Part shown: positions 53,931 through 64,000 of the stretch, piece by piece
How the letters are laid out: each line of letters starts with the position of its first letter
Position numbering within the stretch: the first letter of the stretch is position 1
Assembly (NCBI RefSeq): GCF_006345805.1
Contig: NC_043015.1
Location: 3,162,001 to 3,226,000 of the forward strand
From: Octopus sinensis
Taxonomy: Eukaryota
Length of the DNA: 64,000 nt
Direction of reading: 5' to 3'
Made by a program: the position numbers and the translations under genes
The notes under the pieces: model-generated
Database searches by the model: none
The model's input: only the letters and a program-made list of their open reading frames with translations
Told to the model about the DNA's origin: nothing

Positions 53931-55329
53931 TATGAAGAATACATAATTTAAGGTCTAAATATGAGAGTATGCAGAAAAAGGAATACAAAAAAGAAACTGA
54001 AATGCAGCCTAAAACGTAGTCTTAAAAAATGAAATAAGTTAGATTATACCTCGGAGAAAATATCTGATTTAAATTAGTCCTTCTTGGCCTCAAAAATAAT
54101 TTTAAAACGGCTCCGTAACCTTTGCGCATGCATTCCTTACTCTGACCCTCGAAATATCTTCGAACACATCGTTGGTGTAAGCTACCAATTCTGTAGCTCA
54201 GATATGTTTTTCACAAAAGCACCTAACACAGTAATCGATGGAATTACAATTTCGGGGATCAAAGGGACAGGACTGGTGGTGGATTCGTATAAATAGTCTA
54301 AGACTGAAATATGATTGTCGGTGGGAATATGAGAAAGAGCCGAATCCATCTGCCACACATGTGGCCTCCTAGAAATAGATATTTTTCTCAATTTCTGACT
54401 AATGCAAATTTGATATTTCAGAAATAGTTTTCCGGCTGAATTCTGTATTGCTCAATTTGTATAAAAACAAGACTTCATTCCAAAATGACAAATGGCATGA
54501 ATGGGAATTTCATAGTGATTTCGATATACATTTCTGGAAGCATCGTCCGCAGATCTGAGTTTTCTGTATGGAAAATATATTTGAGGTAGATCGTTGTTAT
54601 TATTTAAAATGCTAAGATATTAACAATTACAGTATGATCGGTGTTTGGCTATAATAACTGGACCAAAATCCTAGCTTTATCGTTTGCCATCTGTGGATTG
54701 ATTGGAAAGAGCATTCAAGATTTTTACAGTATTTCGTAAGGTCTTTTTTACAAATCCTATGGCGTATCTTGCACATTTTCTCATATGCCGACACAGACAA
54801 AAATAAATGCTCGCACAAGAATATGGCTGTTGATGTGATTATACACAATTGTTCAGCATATTTAATGCTTCAGAGAATTGATTTCCATGCTACCTATGTC
54901 CACTGATATATACACATATATACCTGCAAACCAACGCGCACGCACACATGCACACAAAAAACACAAACACACACATACACAAACAATCACACACACAAAC
55001 ACACACATATATATAGGAGCAGGCGTGTCTGTGAGGTAGGAAAGCGGCTTCCCAATCACATGTTTCAGCGTTTCGTCACGCCACTTGAGACATCGTGTTA
55101 GTGCCTTCTCCTATAGCAATTGGTCCCTACTTTAATGCTTGAAAGCTGGTGTTATTGATTTAACATGACTATAACTTCTTCAAAATTTGCCGAGAGAATA
55201 TGTGCAAAGATTGTATAACTACCCAAGGCTCGATACATTTGACTAAAGATTTTGAAATGCCGTGTCCCACCATGGTCACAGTCTCAAGTCAGGGTAAGTG
55301 AAAGGTTAAAGATATATACATATATATAT

Positions 55330-55616
55330 GACAAGGGTGCAGCCTTGATGGTGTGGCGCTTAGACATCTACAAGCCCGAAACTCTCCGCGAACTTGAAGA
55401 CACATCCTTCTCCTGCCCTCTGCCCTCTGACGCCACGCCCAGCTGCCAACAGACTGCGTGCTCCACTATCCATGAACTTATCTCCTCCTCCAGTCTCCCC
55501 CGGCCGCCTCCAAGGTCATTGTCCTTACCCCTCGCAACTCCACAAATTTCTTCGTCACCTAAATCCACAAACTTAACGAGTTTGGCCACCCCATTATCTC
55601 CAGCTGCAACTGCCCC
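55330..55616 (+). mobile_element. Penelope-like element RT N-terminal fragment
   Basis: DKGAALMVWRLDIYKPETLRELEDTSF, then after a frameshift TPRNSTNFFVT*IHKLNEFGHPIISSCNCP, matching the PLE DKG and LPKIHK..PGRPIISS motifs. Confidence 0.85.
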
Positions 55617-55805
55617 ATTCGCCATGATAGATCGCTAGCCATTGCACATTCTTTATTTTCTCTCCTTTTTTTCTGTGTTATTTTCTGTGGAAGAGCATAG
55701 GCTCGAAAAGTTAAAGACAGTTTCACTTCCCAGCGTTACACTAATACATCTGTTTGTTGTCTACACCACATGTCTACGTCTTTTGTTTTCTTTGTGAATT
55801 CTCCC
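55617..55805 (+). mobile_element. PLE-associated terminal repeat with degenerate hammerhead-like motif (55685-55712)
   Basis: Directly joined to the RT fragment. CTGTGGA-A-GAGC-ATAG-GCTC-GAAAA-GTT. Followed by (TA)n. Confidence 0.8.
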
Positions 55806-55883
<78 letters not shown>

Positions 55884-55916
55884 TAATCAAAATAAAAACA
55901 TGATGTCAAGGATTCA

Positions 55917-55995
55917 GCGATATATATGTTTCGGGCCTTTATTAGACGGATTTATAACAATGCATAAGGTGCGTCCGTGGCCTTCTTCAGCCGCG
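55917..55995 (-). ncRNA. Hammerhead-like motif with extended stem II (degenerate)
   Basis: Minus strand CTGAAGA-AGGCC-ACGGA...TCCGT...GGCCC-GAAAC-ATATATATC. Stem I and the cleavage triplet cannot be formed cleanly. Confidence 0.45.
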
Positions 55996-58312
55996 CACAA
56001 CTACTTCTTCAAGGACATGTATTACATCAAAAGTTCTTCGTTGGGGATGCAAATCCCCTCATTCGCGTACGACGTAATGCGGCAACAGCATAAAAATGAA
56101 GCGTCCATCTGGTTCTTCTCTCAATGTAGAATGAGGAAGTTTGGATGTTGAAGTAATATAAATAAATTAATAAATAAATATATACATATATAAATATATA
56201 AATACAGACAGACGTGAGGGAACCTGGTAATAAGAGCAAATAGAGATAAAGATGGAGGGGCGAGAATTCAGGACGAAGGATAAAAAATATATAAAAAGTG
56301 TAAGTATAGAAAAATATAAAAATGTAGAGTATAAAGATATAAAGAGATATAAAAGAGATATAAAAAATATAAAGAATATAAATGAATATAAAGGTATAAA
56401 TTGATAAAAATAAAAATAAAAAATAATAAAATGTGTAAAAGAATATAAGGATAAGGGATATATAGTAGTTACGGACCAAACATGGTGGTCAGGAAAATGA
56501 CAAATTCTGGTTGTAGAAGTCTTGGGTGTCATAAATCAATCGGGGCGTATATATAAGTGCACACATTAAAAAATATCGTTGTACATATATATGTGTATGA
56601 GTGTATGACTGTATGTGTGTGTTTGTGTGTCATATGTTGATCTCATAACAGAACTGTTAGGTAACTTTCTAATAATACGCATCTAAAACCAACGACTTTT
56701 CTGCTAGTTACACAAATTGAGTTCATTTCCAACTAACGTCTGAACGTATAATTTAATCAGACTTAGTGACATTACAATTACACACACCTTTTATTTAATA
56801 ATTTTGTCTATTTATTTTTATATAACATTGTTTGTTCGAACATAGGCTCACATGGTTTTACAATGCTGCGTATTTCCAAATTAATTATAATACATTTTAA
56901 ACATTGTTATTTTGAATGTGATACCATTAATTGCAGGCTGGGTGTATATTTCTTCAATATACCAAATACAATCCAAGTCATTAAGTGTTTCTAGTTTTTA
57001 TCTGAGATAAACATGTTACAGCCTGAGTTACTAGTTTTTGTATTAAATAATAGAATCAATTCCACAGAAACTCGAGTCTGGTTGGTTTGCACCACACTTG
57101 AAATAATTTTCTTTGTATCTGCCGAGTTACGTACAAAAGGAATCCGTCGATTTGATTAGTTCTCATCGCCAACATTCACCTGACATTACTCTGCGACCAT
57201 GGTGGGACACATATTTTCAATATTTTTAATCGATGCATATAACCCAGGATAGTTTTACAAACGTTGCATTTATTCTCTCAGAAGCTTTGGAGCAAGCAAG
57301 TTAAAACGACTCCAAGGTTTTCGAAAAGTCACAGTAATACGAAGTATCGTATTGAAGACATAATGTGTCAAATATGAAAGTATCAAAATCTTGTATTTCA
57401 AAATAGGGAAACCCAAACCTCTAACAAATTGACGACTCAATCGTTATTTTTTATTTCTCTCTGAGTTGAAATTCCGCTGATATCTATTTTCCGCCCACTG
57501 TATCCTTTTTGAGGCAGAAATTATATACCGGTTAAGTTCAATGAGAGATATAAATCAATGTGCACACCTTCTTGTAAATTCCTTATTATATGTTTATAAA
57601 AGAAATTATTCAAAACCTTATCGATAAATAAAGCTTATTGTCAACAGAAATCTCACTAGGAGGAATTTCAACCGTGTTTCGTGTTCTTTTAACACAACGG
57701 CTCCTTTATAAGATCCAGTTAGCTCAAGACATCATCAAGAGGAATCACGTCCGGTTTCGTCCCCTACTCCGCTACAATTTTGATGTGGAAGTCCCTCCCC
57801 TTTCGGAGGCAACTTCAAATCTGGTGTTGGGTGCATGTCTTCTTTCTTCCGTGTAGCGTCAACGAGTATCAGCCGGCGACTCACTGTCTTATCAATTTTT
57901 TTCTCATTTATTTATCTATTTTTTATATGTGTGTTACTTGCCTGTGTATTGGCATGTAATGCGCAAACTTCATTAAAACTGTTGACGAATTCCTTTTCTA
58001 CGATACTAATTTTGAAATAAAATAATTGCGACCTACAATATAAAGTTTATGAAACTTTGACTCATAATGCTTTGTTAGATTGCACTACGTTCTAGCCAGA
58101 AATCTCTCTGGATTAATCATCTGTTTGAATGATTATAAGTTAGCCAAATCAAAGTGGTATCAGTATTGATTTGCATCGATCAGGCATCAAAAACGTCCTT
58201 TTTTCTGCTCAACTAAAATCAAAATTTATTGAAGTCAGATACAATAGAGAATTAACATTTGGTATGTAAGGCGACAATTTATGTTGGGTGATGTATTACA
58301 CGTTACTCTTCT

Positions 58313-58360
<48 letters not shown>

Positions 58361-58688
58361 CATGAAAATAAAACAAGGTAGAGAATGCTAAAATAGTTTT
58401 TTAGCATTATCCATGTTGTCCTCATTTGCTTATACATACCACTAGTGTTACTTTTCCCCTAGTATTGATGTAGCGATATTTGAAATTTTGTCTAGGTGGA
58501 TGTAGTCAATGAGAACTAATGAAGTTTAGATTAACTAACGTACTTTGTGATAGTTTGCAATCTAAGACCTAAGTAATCGACATCTGACTCGTACATTTCT
58601 TAAATATTCATTCTACTGGTAAGATGTAATATTTTGATATTCGCCACATGCAAGCATTTCAGCCAGTGTATATATATATATATAATAT

Positions 58689-58746
<58 letters not shown>

Positions 58747-58789
58747 CTGGCAAAAATGCTTGTGGGAGGCTCATTGATTTATTATCTCC

Positions 58790-59014
58790 CATTCTCCCGA
58801 GCTCTCCTGTGTGACCCTTCTGTGCGGCATTCGCCACGATAGATCGCTAGCCACTACACGTTCTTTATTTTCTCTCCTTGTTTATTTGTATGTTCCTTTC
58901 TGTTGAAGAGCGTAGGCTCGAAACGTTAAAAACATATTCACTTCCCAAGCGTTATAGCAATACATCTGTTTGTTGTCCACACCACCTGTCTTCGTCTTTT
59001 TTGTGTGAATTCTC

Positions 59015-59017
<3 letters not shown>
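58790..59017 (+). mobile_element. PLE-associated terminal repeat with hammerhead-like motif (58897-58930)
   Basis: TTT-CTGTTGA-A-GAGC-GTAG-GCTC-GAAAC-GTT-AAA. (TA)n on both sides. Confidence 0.8.
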
Positions 59018-59057
<40 letters not shown>

Positions 59058-59730
59058 TGAAGCTTTACTAAAGCATCGTATATTATCGAGTGATATTTCC
59101 AGTAAATATTAGTGCATTGTAATATCAATATCCTATTTATACTTAGACGTGACGATGATTTGTTTTGCTGAGAAGCAGCACGATTGCATTGCACTATTTA
59201 ATAGTTTTCATTTTTTCTTTGATATGTATACATGTATGTGTTTTGAGAAATATATATAAAATTGCCAACACATTTTTGTGCTTTGTATGGTAAAACTGAA
59301 ACGTTATTCCTATATGAAAATGTGGCTTGCATTATTTCTGATTTTTTAGCTATTGTGAAAAAATTGACATCAATGAATACAACTGAAATGGCGTTCATGA
59401 ATATTAACTAATATGTTGTCAAAGATAAGATAAATACTTATTAGAATGATGCGCTCTATGACGTTGTTGACGTACAGCCAGATGGGAGGGAACATGATGT
59501 TGATCATCATGGTGATTTCGGTGATGATTTTGATGATGATGATGATGTTAATGATCATGATTACAGACAATTGTTAAGGTAAAGATGAATATGATGATAT
59601 TTATGATGTACGAAGAAGTGTTGATGATTTGGAACACTTGCCACAATCAAAACAATGACAACTCTACGTTAGACCGTCAAAGATCACCAAATGCCTTATC
59701 CATGATTTGCTTCTGATGCGCCAAATCGTA

Positions 59731-60019
59731 TGAGGATGATCGTGGTACTCCTCATAAAAGGGAATAGGTGAATGAGAAGATGTATTTGCAGGAGTAAATA
59801 TTTACTGCAAGAGAAAGGAAATTGTTATAATCCTTACAATATTAGATTGTTATTACGTCCACTTCCATACAGGGTACACTTAGTAATCCACAAAGATTCA
59901 ACCATCCCTGACCGCCTACTACGTACTCCGGTACTTTACGTACTTCTCTTTACTTATACTATCTAAGTTATTCCATACGCCACGTGGGAGGTATATACAG
60001 TTATTATTGATTCCCCAGA
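59731..60019 (-). mobile_element. Putative 3' LTR of the Gypsy relic
   Basis: Follows the integrase end and a purine-rich TAAAGGTGAGA tract. Starts TCTGGGG (TG..-like) and ends CCTCA. No second LTR found. Confidence 0.45.
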
Positions 60020-60229
60020 TCTCACCTTTATTTTTTTCTTTGGATGTGTCATCTTATTTAGCAGTATTTCTTTTATCCGCCGCCACATCTCTTTTTTAAC
60101 TTTTTCCCCTAAAACTATAATATTTTTTTTGCATGGCATCTATTCTCAGGACCTCTGTATGTTTTGTTTCTTCTCACTTGTACACCTGGGTTCAATGACC
60201 TGCAGTGGCTTTCATCCATCGCATATATT

Positions 60230-61260
60230 CTGCAACCATTACATTGTTTTCCTTCAAATTCTCCGGTTCGCTTTTCACGAATCGCATTTTCAGTTGGTTC
60301 CTGTGTCTCTTTTCTATGTCTTTCCTACGTTTTCCCATAACATCATTCTACTTAAGCATTTGATAATTACGTCATCTTCCCAAATCTGCTTTCAATATCT
60401 GTATGCCCTCATATACACCTTTTCACCAACTTTAAAGAATATTGTTATTTCCTCCCTGACACACTTTCTTGTCTTGCCGGATACATTTTACTTTCTTTGC
60501 AATCATTAGGTCCACTGGTGAACTGCCTGATGTATTTGGATTTGGTGTCATACCGTATATCTTTAAAAATTGCAGAGCTACCTAATTCATCAGTTCCTTT
60601 TTCAATTTGCTAAGGGCACTTTTAAAGGTATAGTGAAAGTGTTTAGCTGTCCATTAGATCTGAGGTGGTATGGCACTGTAGCTTTATGTTCTGCCGCGAA
60701 CAATTCACAAAACTTTTGAAATACTCGTTACACAATTTGCAATCCATTGGCAGAAAATATCTTGTATGGGATACCAAATCTTGCAAAATGTTCGTGCAAC
60801 GTTTTATCAAGTTTGAGGAGGTCGGTTTTTTACATTAACCAGTTGCTAGCTATTTCGAAAACCTATCAATTATCACTAAGCCGTAAGAACCTTTTCATCA
60901 ACCAGCAAAAACGATGTGTAATCTCGACCACGGCACATGTACTTTTAAACGATATTTTCTTTTTTCGTGGGCAATTTTTTATTTCGGTTTGGCTTACATG
61001 CAGGCAATCTTTTTCTTTCGGTCTTTCAAGCGCATTCAAACGTTCGAACGAACCAACGAATGTTTCACACAAAACACGTATTCCATACTTTGAATAATTC
61101 CATTCACTCCCTGCCGAACAAATTAAGTGAACTTTGTAACGCATGCGTCTGTGCCGTTTGATCAGGAAATATTACCTTACATACAAATTCACTGAAAGTA
61201 GCACCCCATGTGCTACTTTCTTCAATTTAATTAAGTTCGGATTACGGACATATTTCCATT
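60230..61260 (-). mobile_element. Decayed Ty3/Gypsy integrase
   Basis: PWSRLHIVFAG**KGSYGLVIIDRFSK, FARFGIPYKIFSANG, PYHLRSNGQ, LQFLKIYGMTPNPNTSGSSPVDLM, FKVGEKVY...KRHRNQL: canonical Gypsy integrase motif order. Confidence 0.9.
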
Positions 61261-61499
61261 TTCTTTTTCTTTTATAACACTGATAATACCTACACTGTCT
61301 ATTTTCATTTTAAGTGATGTATTTCTGATTTTCACCTACGCAAAATTCATCATCGTTATATTACCAATTTCTTCCGAGCACATTTATTCTTTTTCCTTCT
61401 ATCTCACGTTGTGTCATCTCCATTCTCCAGTACGTCTTAATATGTCCTATATTTCCACAACGATATTACACCATGCGAAACATTGACTTATTTCCTGAT

Positions 61500-62110
61500 T
61501 TTTTTTTCGGAACTACTTTATCTCTAGTCTAATTAATTCGATCTTGCTTTACTTCGAAACAATCTTTATGTTCAATTTCTTCCACTCGCCTTTCACAATT
61601 TTATGACACATCCTGGTTTTGTTCCAACTTTGTGAGAATTCTGGGTTTAACTTCTGCGTCCTTTTCAGCAGCACGTCCCTATGTAAACTGTAAACTCAGG
61701 CATTTGAACGTGTCTGGTGTTAATTAATCCAGCGTAAACTTTTCGCATTCCGTGTTTACTCTACCAGCGTATGTAATGTAGTCTTCATCGTTGTTTTTCT
61801 CTATTTCAACGTGTGTAGAACATTGTGCTTTTGCAGTGAGAATTTTACGTTAGATACATATTGTATCATTAAAGATTGTGTCCGAAAATTATTTTGGTTG
61901 TACATAATTAGTGTATCGTTCACGTTCTGTTTGTTGTCGCCTCTTTTCTCAAGTTTAAGCGTGTTTTCATTTCGCAATCCCAATCTTTATATTCTTTCCC
62001 GAATGTTTGCATATATTTCTGTACTATGATTCCAGGGTAACTCCTGCGTCAGGGTCGTATTTGAAGTTTGTTATGGAGTTCTCTGCAACAATATTGGAAG
62101 CGGAAAATGA
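61500..62110 (-). mobile_element. Decayed Ty3/Gypsy gag
   Basis: SITNFKYDPDAGVTLES, DEDYITYAGRVNTECEKF, LTPDTFKCL, KDAEVKPRILTKLEQ resemble invertebrate Gypsy gag. Same strand and upstream of the integrase. Confidence 0.7.
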
Positions 62111-62788
62111 GAAAAAAGAAAAGAAAGCTGATATAGAATGTAACCAGGATGTCATAACGAAGATATCGTCTAGCTGATAATTTCGATGGACTAATAATTT
62201 AGGCAGGTTTTAGATTTGGATACTAAATCGCATTGACATCAAAACAATTTTATCATAACTGGACTTCCTTCCTCTCACTTCTAAAATGTGTGAAGCATAC
62301 TAAAATTGTATATATCAATATACATTTTACACACTTGTCAGGCATAAAAGTTATCATCGACTGAAAATTGTGAACGCTTATGTAAATAAGATATAATCTT
62401 TCAAAGTCCTTACACTAAATAAGGCCTGCGTTAGAAAGAGCATTTTGCAATTCGGTAATAGCATTCATTATGCACGATTTTAAGCTGGCCTTTCTACACA
62501 GGAAATTGCGCTATTTTCAGCAAATGTGGACATCACAAAACACTTTAATGATTTCTTTATCAAGTATATTTGTTGTGCAACCAACTCTTCAAACATTTGC
62601 ACATATTTATGTTTATCTTGGTGGTGGATTTTGTACAAACGTGTGTTTCTGGTTTTGTGAGTGTCTGTCCGCTCATGTAAGTTTGTAGTATTCAGCAGGT
62701 GAATAGGTATAGGCTTGGCATTAGTGACCTGGCATACATGCACAAAATCACGCACAAGTACACAAACAGGTATATACGTGTATATATA

Positions 62789-62844
<56 letters not shown>

Positions 62845-63176
62845 GATGGTGTGTGTGTGTGAGTATATGTACACACACATATACACACACAAAGACATAT
62901 ATACATATTTATATGTATAAAAGTGAATCTTTATCTATATGTGTATATTTGTACAAATGTTAATCCTGTATTCATAAATATTTCTCAATTACACAAGCTT
63001 CTTCGTATTTTAGTAACTTCACGCTTGCCTCAATGTAACTTAAGCCATTTCAGAACCATGCCTACCTTTAGAATCATAACACATATAAATAAACAATCTA
63101 CCTCTTACTTCAAAATTGAAATGTTGAATGAATTATAATTCGCTTACTGTTATATTTAGATGTGTGTGTGGGTAAG

Positions 63177-63224
<48 letters not shown>

Positions 63225-63421
63225 TAAATATGCATATTTATACATATACATACACACACACCAACACAAACCCTTCACACATATATAAATATATATTAAT
63301 AGTAAATTTAGAACAAAGAAATGTCAATTAAAATACAGCATTAATAAAATCAACGGACAGCAAGGTTTCTTGCACAAGTAATGTGGATGACATCTTGACC
63401 CTCGGTTAAAAGAATAAGTTA

Positions 63422-63452
63422 GACGTTTCGAACAAAACTCTTCGTCGGAAAG
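63422..63452 (-). ncRNA. Degenerate hammerhead-like motif
   Basis: Minus strand CCGACGA-A-GAG-TTTTG-TTC-GAAAC-GTC. U4 is replaced by C and stem I is poor. Confidence 0.3.
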
Positions 63453-64000
63453 GAGTGATCGAAATCCCCAAATACTCACACACATACACACACGAGCATT
63501 CACACACCCATACACATACGCCTACATATACTAGATATGTTGGACTAAAGATTGTTGGACCAGGCTATCTGTAACATAAGGGCACCACATGATAGGATTA
63601 ACTAGATCCTTTTTTTCAGTCTGGATTTGTTGTGTAATTGTCCATTCCAATAGGGACTCCTTGTTGAGTGAGATGTATGCAGCTATATGTGGCTTATCTG
63701 GTATTCTCTGAAGAAATAAATCAAAAGGTATTTAATTTCAAGCAAATCTTGTAAGTGTAAATAGTTTACATAAATAGTACAAAAAACTAGTAACTAAAGA
63801 CTCTGCCTTACCTGGAACAGGTAAAGTAACTATAAGCCTAAAACTAGAATGTATATCTAAATTACGAGAGTAAGGTTGGCAAATATATTATTCTTACACT
63901 GTGTCCAGAGTTAATGAGACATGATAAATGTGAAGAAGATTTTTAAAAAATCAATAATAAATTCACTCATTGAAAATCGTAATTAATAAAAATAAAATGA

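Noticed and set aside
55252-55638. 128 aa Ser/Pro-rich ORF as a host gene
   Set aside because: It is the frameshifted PLE RT fragment read partly out of frame.
57130-57330. HSPDITLRPWWD as a Tc1/mariner SPDL motif
   Set aside because: The match is too short and degenerate to support without a profile search.
63570-63710. Strong minus-strand acceptor followed by RIPDKPHIAAYISLNKESLLEW...
   Set aside because: No convincing donor, no family match, and the open stretch is short.

Overview
AT-rich, microsatellite-dense eukaryotic DNA, most likely from an octopus or other coleoid cephalopod (inferred from the tRNA-derived SINE families and the density of (TA)n/(CA)n/(TAA)n tracts; no search was run). 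There is no intact long ORF, and nearly all entries in the ORF track are microsatellite read-throughs. The window is intronic or intergenic and contains three tRNA-headed SINE families, R4/Dong-type (RLE) LINE relics sitting in (TAA)n, Penelope-like element (PLE) relics sitting in (TA)n, a decayed mariner plus mariner and Tigger-type MITEs, and a decayed Gypsy element (gag, integrase, one LTR). Four themes deserve follow-up. (1) Six minimal hammerhead-ribozyme-like motifs: three in one PLE terminal-repeat family with a non-canonical CUGU(U/G)GA core, and one canonical motif directly behind an R4/Dong 3' end. (2) Recurrent fold-back inverted repeats centred on or abutting (TA)n, from 17 bp to about 700 bp arms. 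(3) A ~490 bp unclassified (TAA)n-tailed element present twice with shared ends. (4) A low-confidence series of short, 3n-length, phase-1 exon candidates on the + strand that could belong to a host gene. All identities and alignments were judged by eye and are approximate.
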